A stretch of DNA of 64,000 nt from Gemmatimonadales bacterium (GCA_965249575.1 OZ252244.1:1120001-1184000), one strand, 5' to 3'. Positions 9,683 to 20,204 are shown, counted from the stretch's first letter. Translations and numbers: made by a program. The notes: a model not told the origin generated them from the letters alone.

Positions 9683-10888
9683 ATGCACGTGAGTAACGCA
9701 GGAATCACCGGCGATTTCAACTCCGCCGCCTTGTGGGCCGGATTGACCGCCTTCGTCTGGTATGCGTTCGGAGCGGTTCCACTACACATCGCGGTCTCGG
9801 AGCAGCTAGGGTTGGCTACCGAACAAACATCGAGCTGGATCTTCATCGTGTGGGTCGGTGGAGCAGTATCGTCCATCGCGATGTCGCTGTACTTCAGGCA
9901 ACCAATCCCCATCACCTGGTCCATCCCTGGTCTCATCTATCTCGGCACGCTTGCCGGCCGGTTCAGCTTCGCAGAGATCGTTGGCGCAAACCTCATAGCT
10001 GGTGTGCTGCTACTGGTCCTCGGGGCGGTGGGCATCGGTGGACGGATCATGAAGTGGCTCCCACTGCCAGTGGTCATGGGGATGTTCGGCGGGAGCATCA
10101 TGGTATACATCACGCGCATGGTGACCGCGACGGTGGAGGACGTTTCCGTGGCAGGGACGGCGGTGGCGTGTTATCTGCTCGGGCGGTTCCTCAGAAGCCC
10201 ACGCATCCCCCCGGTGGCCTTGGCGGTGATCGGCGGGGGGATCGCCGTGGGCGTGTCCGGTGTCGTTCATCCGGAACCGGTCGCCTGGAATCTCCCAGCT
10301 CTTGCGGTCCCACCCATGGACTTTTCGCTGTCGGCAGTCGTGGCGGTGAGCGTCCCGATGGTTGTGCTGGCCATGGGACTCGGCAACGTGCAGGGTCTCG
10401 GGTTCCTCCTCGCTCAACACTACAGGGTGCCGGTCAACGGCATCTCCACCGTGGTCGGCGTCAATTCTGTCTTGAACGCTCTGCTCGGGGGACACCCCGC
10501 GACGGTGGCGCGAACCGGAGTGGCGATTCTTGCCTCGCCGGATGCCGGCCCGCCCGGCGGACGGTACTGGGCGGTGGTGATCGCTGCGTCCTTGACGATC
10601 GTCATGGCACTGGCCGCCACCCCAGTCGCCTCGCTGCTCAACGTGCTGCCGAGGACTTACATCGTCGTGGTCGCGGGACTTGCCATTCTCTCATCCTTTC
10701 AGGATGCGCTCGAGAAGGCATTCACCGGCAAACTGCGTTTTGGCTCGCTCGTGGCGTTCGCGGTCGCCGCAACACCATTCGCCTTTCTGGGCATCACGTC
10801 CGCGTTCTGGTCGGTGGTCGTTGGGCTGGCCGCGGCGCTCTTATTGGAGCGAGAGCAGCTACTGGGGCACTGGAGAGGCGAACTCTAG
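9683..10888 (+). CDS. BenE family benzoate/H+ symporter
   Basis: RQPIPITWSIPG motif, many TM helices, GITSAFW. Confidence 0.85.
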   Translation: MHVSNAGITGDFNSAALWAGLTAFVWYAFGAVPLHIAVSEQLGLATEQTSSWIFIVWVGGAVSSIAMSLYFRQPIPITWSIPGLIYLGTLAGRFSFAEIVGANLIAGVLLLVLGAVGIGGRIMKWLPLPVVMGMFGGSIMVYITRMVTATVEDVSVAGTAVACYLLGRFLRSPRIPPVALAVIGGGIAVGVSGVVHPEPVAWNLPALAVPPMDFSLSAVVAVSVPMVVLAMGLGNVQGLGFLLAQHYRVPVNGISTVVGVNSVLNALLGGHPATVARTGVAILASPDAGPPGGRYWAVVIAASLTIVMALAATPVASLLNVLPRTYIVVVAGLAILSSFQDALEKAFTGKLRFGSLVAFAVAATPFAFLGITSAFWSVVVGLAAALLLEREQLLGHWRGEL

Positions 10889-11085
10889 CGAAACCGAGTA
10901 TGACGATGGCGGGGCGGTTTGACAGGAGGGTGAGAGGCCGTCGGGGTGGCCGATCCCCCGACCGCGTGTCACGCCACACGGTGCTCCGCAGCCGCTCCAC
11001 CAGCTTCCCGCGCGACGGCCAGCACTATCCGGTCGGCGACAGCTGATAACACCACGCTTCGCCCTCTAACACGACCTCTCCGTCG

Positions 11086-11535
11086 TTGTGGGGTCTAAAC
11101 GTCAACCTCGAACAGCGTCTCGTCGGTACAATCGTCTACCGGGGCGTCGCCTCTGTCGATTTCCTCGCACCGGGTATGGCGTTCGCTCCAACCCTCGTGG
11201 CATTTGGCGCAGACGTAGGGCTACGCAGCGACGGGCACGGCCTCCGGACCCTGGTGGCGCTTGGTGCCGGCGTGGCCTATTTCGCCAACGAACGCAGCAT
11301 CGAGGTCGTCTGCCAAAATCCGCAGTCGTGCTCGGAGATTACTAGGGGGTACGAGCCCGGGTTCGTGCTGACCGCTACCGGCACGCTCGGACTTGGAGTC
11401 CGGGTGAGTCAAGCAGTTGGCGTCTTCACTGACCTGCGCGTGTTCGCTCCATCCGGTTGGGGGGCAAATGGAGCGGCAGACGATCCGCATGCTGCGTTTG
11501 TGCGGATCGGATTTGGGCTCACGGTAGGCCTGTAG
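11086..11535 (+). CDS. Outer-membrane beta-barrel-like fragment, N-terminus missing
   Basis: Alternating hydrophobic beta strands; in-frame TAA at 11047, no signal peptide. Confidence 0.45.
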   Translation: MWGLNVNLEQRLVGTIVYRGVASVDFLAPGMAFAPTLVAFGADVGLRSDGHGLRTLVALGAGVAYFANERSIEVVCQNPQSCSEITRGYEPGFVLTATGTLGLGVRVSQAVGVFTDLRVFAPSGWGANGAADDPHAAFVRIGFGLTVGL

Positions 11536-11598
11536 ACGCCGCTATGAAGCACCTGTCAGGTAGGGCCACGGCGTTTGGGACCGATATGGCGCCCCGCG

Positions 11599-11631
11599 AA
11601 AAATGGGGGAGCGCCTGGCGACGCTCCCCCA
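11599..11631 (-). terminator. Intrinsic terminator
   Basis: TGGGGGAGCG-8 nt-CGCTCCCCCA followed by TTTTT on the minus strand. Confidence 0.8.
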
Positions 11632-12054
11632 TCCTTGAGGGTGAAGGCGAGGGTACAGGCCCACCTTCACCAGAGAGAACGGAGATGGGCGCGAGAAGGT
11701 TGCAGCGGACCTGGGGGGCGCTGGTGTAAGGTTCAAACCATCAGCGGGGAACCTTCGGGGGGAGAGTATCTGCAAATGCGTTTCACACGCCGTAGAGGGG
11801 CATCGGCGGGAAGCTAGCAAGGGGACGGTGGACCCAGGAGGACCGGGAAGCCTCCTATTTGCGGGTGCCGCCCCCTCGCGCACCCAGAGTGAAGACGGGT
11901 GCAGCGCCCGCCTTCAGCGGGCCGTTTAAGCGGCTTTGGGGAGACGGTGGGACGAAGGTGGCCTCGGCACGTGCGTCGGGAGCCTCGGACATGGCGGACG
12001 TCACGTCACTGCGTTCGGCGACTAGTCGTCTATCAAACTCCCCGGTGCTGTCCT

Positions 12055-12633
12055 TCACCCCGACCGCGCCTCGGCGAAGGTGGCCTGCTCGGGAATCCGG
12101 TCAGGAGGTAGACCCGAGGCGGCTTCCAGCCGCCCGGTGAAGTTGAAGAGCGAGGCGAGAGCCGTGATCTCCCAGATGGCTTCGTCGTCCCAGCCCCCCG
12201 CCTTCAACGCCGCGACATCCTCCTCACCTACCAGGGCGGGCGTCTCCGTCAGCTTGCTCGCGTACCGCAGCAGAGCCCTGGTCCCGGTGTCCAGATCGTA
12301 CTCGGGCCATTCGGTCGCGAATGCGTGACTGAGATGTTCATCCCCAGTGAGACGGCGAACTGCCGCCGAATGGAGTCCCAGTCATGGAGCGCCGCCGACC
12401 TTCCCGTTGACCACGGTGGCCAGCATCTCGCGTTGGAGTCGGCTGAGGGGAGATTTTCGGCGCAGGTGAAGATACTGGTAGAGGGAGCCCACCATCGCGG
12501 CGACTGTCAGGTCTACCGCGAGGATCTGAAACACGCCTGGCACGACCCCACCGTATCGGCCGCGAGCCCAGCGGAAGAAGAGTCTACGGATTCCCGTGGC
12601 TCGCTCTGGCACGACCGTCATGATGTTCGCCAT
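12055..12633 (-). CDS. AhpD/CMD-like peroxidase-related selenoprotein candidate (UGA at codon 84)
   Basis: LSRLQREMLATVV..GGAP-U-LGLH continues in frame to ALLRYASKLT...FNFTGRLEAA; hairpin downstream of UGA; GGAGG RBS. Confidence 0.85.
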
Positions 12634-12932
12634 GTCGTTCCTCCGTTCGGAATCGGGCCCCTGCCGAGGATGAGGTGTTCCTACTGAGTAGTTGTGCGGC
12701 AACCGGCTCATGCAGTCGCTCGAGCAGATCGGCCATGCGACTGCTCCGGTTTGCAGAGATCGCTAAGGTAGAACGTGGGGCGGGCGACAGCCAGAGTCGC
12801 TGAACGCCCTACAGGGGAGAGCCCTATTCCCGTTTTCCTACTCCCAGCATGCACAGCGCCCGACCGCAGGGGGCCGGGCGCTCTATTCGTGGTGCTACTA
12901 CTGTCAACAGGAGGGTCCCAACGAACCCTATT

Positions 12933-13379
12933 TCAATGTAACCCTGCGCAACCGTCACTCTCAATGCAAGAGACGAAGAGCAACAGAAACAATGGCCCCA
13001 GTATCCCGACGATCAGGCCAGCCGCCTTGTAGGGGTCGGCATGTCTTCTCTCCACGAACACAGAGCTCACGTCAGCCAAGGCAATGGAGCGGGGTTCACC
13101 TTCGACATATGCATGGATCGTATCGTGGTGGACCCACGACGAATCATGCTGCAACTCCCATTTGCGGCCAACTCGAACCCCTCGTTCGTCGAATCGGACA
13201 ACTTCCCCCTCAGGGGTCGTGACGCCCAAGATCCGCTCGCGTTCTGGATTGCGCGTGATGCTGGAGGGTTCGGGGTCTTCGTAGCGGTACCACGAATGGC
13301 ACGCCGTCACCTGGACCGTGAGCGTCACGAGCACGACCACGGACACGCAGCGTCGGAGCACAGACTGGCGGGAACGCAT
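12933..13379 (-). CDS. Hypothetical lipoprotein/membrane protein
   Basis: VTAC lipobox-like, C-terminal TM; start overlaps upstream stop. Confidence 0.7.
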   Translation of the reverse strand: MRSRQSVLRRCVSVVVLVTLTVQVTACHSWYRYEDPEPSSITRNPERERILGVTTPEGEVVRFDERGVRVGRKWELQHDSSWVHHDTIHAYVEGEPRSIALADVSSVFVERRHADPYKAAGLIVGILGPLFLLLFVSCIESDGCAGLH

Positions 13380-14134
13380 CAGAACCTCACCGACGCCCCG
13401 AGAGCGACGCGGCCGTCGCGTTGCGGTGTGATCCCCACGCGGAGGCGGTCGAGGGGAACTTGTTGCCACTGGTCATCAGGGATCAGCGCCCCGAGGATCC
13501 CGCCGACCAGCAGGCCGCCGAAGAAACCGCCGCCGATAATGAAAGGAGCGAACTCCCGTGACAAGTCGCCACTGGGGGAGTCGTCCGCTGTAAGGATACC
13601 CAATGCGCCGAGCCCTCCCCCCACCAGCGCCCCTATGCCAGCGCCCTTGCTCCAGTTTGACTGCTTCCCCCGGCTGACTTCGAGTCGGGTCACCTGCTCG
13701 ACGGCGACCGGTGTAGTCCCGACAACAAGGACGTCCGCGTCGAGCCTCGTCAAGATCCCCACGTGGCTCTCGAGTCCCACGCTTGGGGCGGTGACGCGTA
13801 CCCGCGCACCAAGTGGGGCTACGGCATCGACGAACGCGAACCTCGCCACCCAGTCCAGGGGAAGACGCAACGGATCGGCCTGTCCCGCAACGTCCAAGAG
13901 GAGCGTGTCCGGGCTCACTGAGACCACCGTTCCCGAGACTTCGCGGATCGGTCCATATACGGGGACGGTCAGGACCGCAACGCACAGAATCCGCCCGCTT
14001 TCAATGCTCCTCCTGCATGGGTACTTGAGGAAGGCGCGCACCCGCGCGCCGGGCACGAGGCCCGCTTCTTGGGCAGCAGCCGTCTGGAGTGGCAACGCGA
14101 CGAGCACGGCGAGAATCGGGATGAGGCGGCGCAT
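13379..14134 (-). CDS. Hypothetical secreted protein with glycine-zipper-like region
   Basis: Signal peptide MRRLIPILAVLVALPLQTAAAQ, two PGARVR-type repeats, GAGIGALVGG. Confidence 0.75.
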   Translation of the reverse strand: MRRLIPILAVLVALPLQTAAAQEAGLVPGARVRAFLKYPCRRSIESGRILCVAVLTVPVYGPIREVSGTVVSVSPDTLLLDVAGQADPLRLPLDWVARFAFVDAVAPLGARVRVTAPSVGLESHVGILTRLDADVLVVGTTPVAVEQVTRLEVSRGKQSNWSKGAGIGALVGGGLGALGILTADDSPSGDLSREFAPFIIGGGFFGGLLVGGILGALIPDDQWQQVPLDRLRVGITPQRDGRVALGASVRF

Positions 14135-14232
14135 GGGTTCCTCCCTGACAAGATGCGCGGAACCTGCACGCTCGGGCGTCAAGCGGGCGTCAAGCAGGAC
14201 GGTCAGAGGGCAACACGTTCTGCAGCGAGCCC

Positions 14233-14282
14233 GGGTCCTTCCCAGAGGCTTGAACGCAGGTCTCGCGCGAGGGCGGCATTTG
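14233..14282 (+). other. Lambda-like cos site candidate (cosQ/cosN)
   Basis: GGGTCCT (the lambda cosQ heptamer) ...CAGGT... GGGCGGC (start of lambda cohesive end), ~110 bp upstream of a Nu1-like gene. Confidence 0.6.
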
Positions 14283-14389
14283 CTTAGTGACAGCGTTGCA
14301 GTGAGCCGGTTCCGCTGCCCAGGAGTTGGACCGCGCACAGCCGGTTGAGCGTGTCAGATTAGGCGTTTTTCGGAGGCAATCGCAGCACA

Positions 14390-14914
14390 ATGGTCAAAAG
14401 TGTCGCAAAATCGAAGGAGGAACCCCTCTGGACGCTGGATGAGTTCGGCGAGCGGTTGGGGTGGAAGCTGCCCTACGTCACCGGGGGCGAGCTGCTGACC
14501 GAGCAGGAGTTGAGCGTGCGCCTGAACCTCTCAACGCGCCAGATTCGTGAGCTGGCGCGCCGTGGGTTACCGCGCACACGCGTGGGTGGCGCGTGGCGCT
14601 ATCCCGAACTGGACTGCTATCACTGGTGGGGCGTCTACACCGTGCACACGGAGCGATACCGTCGCGGCCAGGGTGAACCTGTGCGCGCCCTGACGCTCGA
14701 TGAGGCGCGTGCCCAGCTCATGGACCTGACGATCGAGGCCTACCCGGAGCGGTTCGTGCGAGTGCCGCGGCGACTGGCGGAGTTATCTCAGAAGCTCGAG
14801 GGCGAGTGGCCGGAGGTGGTGGTGATCCCGCGGCGCCTCGCTGATGGGATTCTGGACGAGCTCGAGCGGCGGCTCGGCCGACGGAGAACGCGGACGAAGG
14901 CTCGGTCTCGGTAG
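14390..14914 (+). CDS. Nu1/TerS-like winged-HTH protein (terminase small subunit or Rpp-like)
   Basis: LTEQELSVRLNLSTRQIRELARRGLP....YPELDCYHWW resembles the lambda Nu1 DNA-binding domain; LDEARAQL helix follows. Confidence 0.6.
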   Translation: MVKSVAKSKEEPLWTLDEFGERLGWKLPYVTGGELLTEQELSVRLNLSTRQIRELARRGLPRTRVGGAWRYPELDCYHWWGVYTVHTERYRRGQGEPVRALTLDEARAQLMDLTIEAYPERFVRVPRRLAELSQKLEGEWPEVVVIPRRLADGILDELERRLGRRRTRTKARSR

Positions 14915-14916
14915 CG

Positions 14917-15006
14917 ATGGCGCTGGCCGATCGGATCCGGGACGCGATCAGCGTAGGGTTTGATCTCGGCGTGCTGGACGACCCACCGGACGAAGAGGCG
15001 GCGTGA
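14917..15006 (+). repeat. Diverged direct repeat copy 1 encoding LADRIRDAIS.GFDL.VLD..PDEEAA*
   Basis: Homologous to 16320-16406. Confidence 0.8.
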
Positions 15007-15022
15007 GGCAGTAGCTCGACTA

Positions 15023-15369
15023 CTAACTCAGGCGGAGAAGAGTACGCAGTTCCGCGATCAACGCCGCCATCTTGTCAGGTGAGAGCTTGCCGATTTTTCG
15101 ACCAACGGTTCGACGGTCGACAGCTGTGACCTGGAATACCAATAGCACGGAGGGCACCGATAGCCCGTTTACCGAATCTGGGTCAACCCGAATCGTGTGA
15201 GCGAATCTCTGAAGGGCGGCAAGCTTGCCGGTAAGCGGCACAACGACCACTGTGCGGAGCGCCTCGGTGGTTTCCGTGGTTCTGAACTACTACCGCGGGG
15301 CGCGTGCCAGCTTGAGCGGACCCCTCGCGGCGGGCCTAGTTCTACCGAGACGACATCGCCAAAGATCAC
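15023..15369 (-). pseudogene. PemK/MazF family toxin, two frameshifts
   Basis: GDVVSVELG / AQAGTRPAVVVQ / VVVVPLT...NGL...S..LVFQVTAVDR...IGKL spread over three frames. Confidence 0.8.
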
Positions 15370-15534
15370 CGGATTCTCAAGTTCAGCTTCCACTATTTGC
15401 CACGCCCTCGCCCCCGTCTTCTTCGCGTTCGGCGCTTGTCGCGAGATAGTGTTTGATCTCACGACCGACTAGTACCGTACCCTCAACCGAGAAGACATAG
15501 TGGGTTACCGGCGGGCTGAGACCAACTCTCAGGA

Positions 15535-16119
15535 TCAGTCACGGCGCCCGTGGACCCATAGGAAGGCGGTCTCCCACATCTCATGGACGAGCTTGCGCTT
15601 TGGGAGCAGGGAGTCAGCTTGCTGGTCGTCGGCCGGGATCACGAATCGCAAGCCCCCCCCCAACACCGGCCTTCCGAATCGCTCCAGTTGTTGTGGGGGT
15701 TGCTGCAATCTCTCCTCCCACAGGTACTTAAACGCATGCTCGCCCTGCGCAACGTAGAGCGACCGAATCGTACAGTCTCGAGCCACGACCTGCGTCCGTG
15801 CCGGCCAGACGGCCGAAAATGCCGCACAAACCAGGCCAGCATCCTCCTGGAACAGCTGAAGTGGGCGATTGGGATGGGCCGCCACAATAAGAAGTTGTCC
15901 CAGTGGCTGCTGCGCCTCCCCCACCTGGACGCGGAGAGAAGTCGGCTCGCGTCTCTGGAGTCGCATGGCGTTGCCGCGAACCTGGACATCCGTGAACTCA
16001 ATTCCCTCTCGGGCAAGTTGAGACTGGAATCCTCGCACCTTGTTGCCGTCAACAATCGGCCGCGGTGCGAGGATGTAGTTCACCCCAAAGTGCAGCGATT
16101 GCTTCGTTTCTGGTCTCAT
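15535..16119 (-). CDS. Hypothetical protein (TIGR04255-like), possibly C-terminally truncated
   Basis: Coherent ORF with FGRPVLGGGLRF; upstream of mazF-like gene. Confidence 0.6.
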   Translation of the reverse strand: MRPETKQSLHFGVNYILAPRPIVDGNKVRGFQSQLAREGIEFTDVQVRGNAMRLQRREPTSLRVQVGEAQQPLGQLLIVAAHPNRPLQLFQEDAGLVCAAFSAVWPARTQVVARDCTIRSLYVAQGEHAFKYLWEERLQQPPQQLERFGRPVLGGGLRFVIPADDQQADSLLPKRKLVHEMWETAFLWVHGRRD

Positions 16120-16319
16120 AGGGTCGGCAAACCTAACTCCTCTTGCTGGCGGCCGGCAATAGTCCCCTGAAAGTTACTTGCGATCACTTTGAGAGTTCCC
16201 CGGACCGCCCCGCCGTCTCGACGAACCCCGCCCTCGTCAGCCACCGGGCGACGCTCCTGGTCACGCCCGGGAAGTTCGCGGCGCAGTTGGGCGCGAGCCA
16301 CACGCCCGCGGAGCTGCGG

Positions 16320-16406
16320 TCGCTCGCGAACCGGATCCGGGACGCGATCTCAGAAGGATTTGATCTCAGGGTGCTGGATCAGGCGCCGGACGAGGAAGCG
16401 GCATGA
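16320..16406 (+). repeat. Diverged direct repeat copy 2 (3' end of a remnant ORF ending DEEAA)
   Basis: LANRIRDAISEGFDLRVLDQAPDEEAA*. Confidence 0.8.
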
Positions 16407-16456
16407 GGTGCAGTCCAGACGTTTGATCTTCCCCGATCGGGAATACCCCAAATGCC

Positions 16457-17353
16457 TCACTGTGAGATGGCGGTGTCGAGGTCGGAGACGATGAGCCACC
16501 GACCGTCCGCCCCGCGACGAAGCGTTAGCACGAACGTGCCCGAGTCTTCGACCGGCAAGGCCTCACCGTATCCGAAGGCCCCGATGATGTATCCCAGATC
16601 GTCTCCAGCCGCCCACTCAACCGCACGGAGTCGGAGCGCACTCGATGAACCCTCGTACTGCTCCCGAATCGCAGTCCGACCTCGGATCCAGGCACCGCGC
16701 CTCGTAACGAGCCCATCTCGGACGAAGAGTCCCGCCAGTGCTTCTTCGTCACCCGAGCGCCAGTGGCGCTCGTAGTCACGCAGCACGCGGTCGAGCTCCG
16801 GGGGGAGATCAACTGATGGTTGAGGATCTGGTACGGCGGGGCGCTGAGACGGATGCGGCCCCAATCGTTGGAACACTTCCACGATGTCACGCTCGCCGCG
16901 CTCGTCCCGCAGCGTTCTCTCAAACACCAGGCGCTTGCCTGAGTGGGAAGCGCGGAGTCGGTCGACGGCTTCGAACTCGCCCCGTGGAGACGTCGATGTC
17001 TGGTTCATGACGAGGACGGCATCCTGCCAAACCGCCGTCATGGTGCGGACTTCATCGATCTGGGTCAGTTCATTCGCGCATTCGCGCCCGTCGGTCGTAC
17101 ACTGGAATGAGAACTCCTCGGAACCGTCAGGATCGCGCACATCAACGACCACATGGATGGACGGATCCTGGTGATCGATGATCCAGATGATCTCGCGATC
17201 GCCAAGCGGGCCGAGGCTGCTCTCCTCAGGATCGAGCCTCCAGACGCCGCTGAAGTCAGGCCGCTCCTGCGCCTGGGCGGCCGAGCCAATGCCCAACATC
17301 ACGGCGGGGGACAGCCACAGGAAGGGAAGAGGAAGCGCAGAAAGGAGCCTCAT
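16457..17353 (-). CDS. Secreted protein with C-terminal NTF2-like (DUF4440/SnoaL) domain
   Basis: Signal peptide, PDFSGVWRLD, GTFVLTLRR..DGRWLI. Confidence 0.8.
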   Translation of the reverse strand: MRLLSALPLPFLWLSPAVMLGIGSAAQAQERPDFSGVWRLDPEESSLGPLGDREIIWIIDHQDPSIHVVVDVRDPDGSEEFSFQCTTDGRECANELTQIDEVRTMTAVWQDAVLVMNQTSTSPRGEFEAVDRLRASHSGKRLVFERTLRDERGERDIVEVFQRLGPHPSQRPAVPDPQPSVDLPPELDRVLRDYERHWRSGDEEALAGLFVRDGLVTRRGAWIRGRTAIREQYEGSSSALRLRAVEWAAGDDLGYIIGAFGYGEALPVEDSGTFVLTLRRGADGRWLIVSDLDTAISQ

Positions 17354-17448
17354 GGTGCCTCCCAGAACTGTGAAGGATCGCGAATGAAGCGGTGTGAGAC
17401 CTCCCCTAGTTTCAGGATACCCCGCGCCCAGGAATCGTCGTGGCTGGG
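17345..17448 (-). repeat. Duplicated promoter/5' leader, copy 1
   Basis: Near-identical to 32224-32333; contains TATCCT, GGGAGG RBS and ATGAGGCTC. Confidence 0.9.
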
Positions 17449-17492
17449 AGGGCGGAGGGTAGGACGCAAGGCTACGAGGACGGGTCGGGACA

Positions 17493-19752
17493 CTAGTTCA
17501 CCTCGAACAGCGACCGCCCGATTGCGACAAACCAAGCCCCATCGATCCACAGGGCTCGCCCGGCAAGGCGACCGATACTCCCAATCTGTTCGGGCGGCGC
17601 CCCGTACGGAGACGTAGCAAGATATCGACCTCCGACACCGTCTACCGTGACGACCAGGGATCCGTCAGGTCCCAACGCGTCGATGCTACTTGTGGTCCCA
17701 AAGAACGTGGCTTGCTTAACCTGACCGGTCGGCGATCGGGTGAGGATCGGCTGGGTAGGCACGTCGTTGTAGTCGATCCATGCAAACCACCCCTCGCGGG
17801 CTAGTACGAACGGAGGCTGGAGCGGATGTGGCCTTGCCCCGCCACTCACGCTGCTGTGTAAGGACTCGGGCTCGAGAGGTCGTATGGGGCCGCTGGAACC
17901 CGGCTCGTTTCCCAACCTCCGGCGACTGAGCACCACCTGACCCGTATCCGTGTGGATCACGACCCACGTGTCTTGTCCACTCAGAGAGAATCCGCGGTAG
18001 AGGACATCGACACCGTCCGTAACCGGCGAACTGTAGCGGGCGGTAGTGTCGGTGAGTTGGCTCGTCACGCCGCTCCGGGATCGAAAGATCTGCCAGCCAG
18101 TGTCGAAGACGATGTCACCATTCGGTGCCAAGTCAAAATTACCGCTAAGGCTCGTCGCCACCGTCGTGTTCGTGCCAGCAGGAATATCGCGAAGAACGAA
18201 GCCGCCCGACCCGGCCCAGACCGCGAAATCGCCCTTCACTACCAGACGATGGCCCACCCCCAAGTCGCTAAGCTGACCAGCCCGCCACTCAAACACGTGC
18301 TCTTGGGCGTCCGGCGCGTTTGCGACGAACATCGCCCCCACCGGCGTCAGGTAGCTCTCATGCAATCCGTGTTCATTGATCGCGACGAAGATCCTGGTGT
18401 CCACGCCCGTGGCGCGATCTCGCAACAGGAGCGTGTCGGGAGCCGGTCGGTCCTCGAAGTGCGCACTCCATTCGTGAAGCATACGACCCACGTCGGCGTC
18501 CGTGATCTCCCCGTACACCGTTGCGACCTCGGCGAGCCGGGTGCTCATCTCTCCATAGACTGGAATACGTCTGACCGAAACCTGCCCGGCATGATCCCAG
18601 CCCTCGAACTGCAGGAAGCCACTATTGTACGGAAGGGTGACGGTGGCGTCCAGCAAGCCCACGCCCTCCGCCAAGACGATGTTCTGTTGTCTGACCGACA
18701 GGCGCTCAGACAGCCACGAGGGTCATCGTCTTGACAGGTCGCTTGCACGCGCAGCGTCGGATTGGCCACAGTGCCCGCGAGCGGCGCGGTGACCTCCACG
18801 TTCGGTGCCTGGTCGTAGACGAACGGCACTTCAACGGTCGCCGAGCTGTCGAATACGTCGGTCGCGGTGACCGCGAGCAGCTTCTCACCCCACGGGAGAC
18901 CTGCGAGAACTAGCCGGGCTCGCCAAGCCGAGGGGAACACATTCGAGAAGAGGACATCGACTTGTCGTCCCTCCACCTCTCCAACCACCCTCGCAATCTG
19001 GCTCACCGAAGTGATCGATGCTTCGATCTCGAGCGTGTCGCCAACGAGTTGTCCCCACTTGGGCTTCTGAACAGAGATCGCGAACTCCGTCGGGATTCTG
19101 GCATGCACCTCGGTCGAGGGATCGCTGTTGTAGATGCCGATGTAACCCACCACGACGAAGTAGTAGGTAGTACCCTTCATCAGGTTGTCCACCCGGAAGG
19201 GTGGTCTGTCGTTCCCCGAGAGCACGGTTTCCTTCACGACCATGATACCGGGTGCGGTATCCCGGTAGACGCGATAGTTCACCCGGGGGACGGTGTCCCA
19301 GGACACTGTGATCTCGTCTCCCCCAGGTCCGAGGCGGGCTACGACGTTGGTCGGTGTTGCTGGGTACCCGAAAGCCCAGAACGTCACCTGCTTGGTGAGT
19401 CCCGATGCCGTCGCGGTTAGGCGATGCCTAGCTATGTCTCCCAACGTCCATTGAGCCGAAGCAACGCCGTTAGGATCCGTTGTGGAGGAGAGCTCTGGGC
19501 TCACCGAGCTGATACCGGACACCACCTGCCAGACCACCGAAACGCCGGCAAGACCGACGCCGTCTGAGTTCATTACACGTACACGCAGGGGTTCCGGGAG
19601 GGGGCGCCGACGACGGACTGCTGACTATCCCCACTGACCGGGACTATGTCTGCCGGTTCGCCGGATTCGTCCGGCGCCGCCGAGTCTTTGCAGCAGACGG
19701 CGGTTACGAGCGCGAGGAGTAGCGCAGAGTTGCGGTCAAGCAACGAGCACAT
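17493..19752 (-). pseudogene. Secreted Ig/FN3-domain lipoprotein, frameshifted at ~19600 and ~18690
   Basis: Signal peptide with Cys, SGDSQ Big-like domain, FN3 (YRVYR, GTTYYFVV); continuous across frames. Confidence 0.7.
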
Positions 19753-19934
19753 GATGGAAACCTGCCCCGCCTAGCGGGTGCATCTCATCCTGGTACCCCT
19801 CGGGTGAAAGAAGGACACATGCCACGATGAAGTAATCTCCACCCACTGTTGGACAACCTCCAGTCCCGCGTGTTGCGCGCGAGCCGGGCGAGTGGTGGCG
19901 CGAGTCAGCCGCACCCGGAGCGCCACACACTCTC

Positions 19935-20204
19935 TCACGGGGACCGGCCAGCCAGGCTCATCCGGACCGCCTCTAGGCAGCGGAGCCGCATCTCGGCGGT
20001 GATCTCGGCGTTTGCATCCATCAACGGTTTCAGAACTGGGAGGAGTGCTCTTGCCAGGCTGACGCGTTCCGTCGGGCTCAGCTCCGGCCAATGGACCTCG
20101 AGGAGCTTCAACACGCGGTCGATCGCCCCCCCGTCCGGGATGCTGCGAAACTCGTCGGACAAGCGCCGGGCAATGATGCGATCCCGATCGGACAAGGGAA
20201 TCAT
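19935..20204 (-). CDS. ~89-aa hypothetical protein, paralog 2 of 4
   Basis: MIPLSDRDRIIARRLSDEF...AEITAEMRLRCLEAVR. Confidence 0.8.
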   Translation of the reverse strand: MIPLSDRDRIIARRLSDEFRSIPDGGAIDRVLKLLEVHWPELSPTERVSLARALLPVLKPLMDANAEITAEMRLRCLEAVRMSLAGRSP

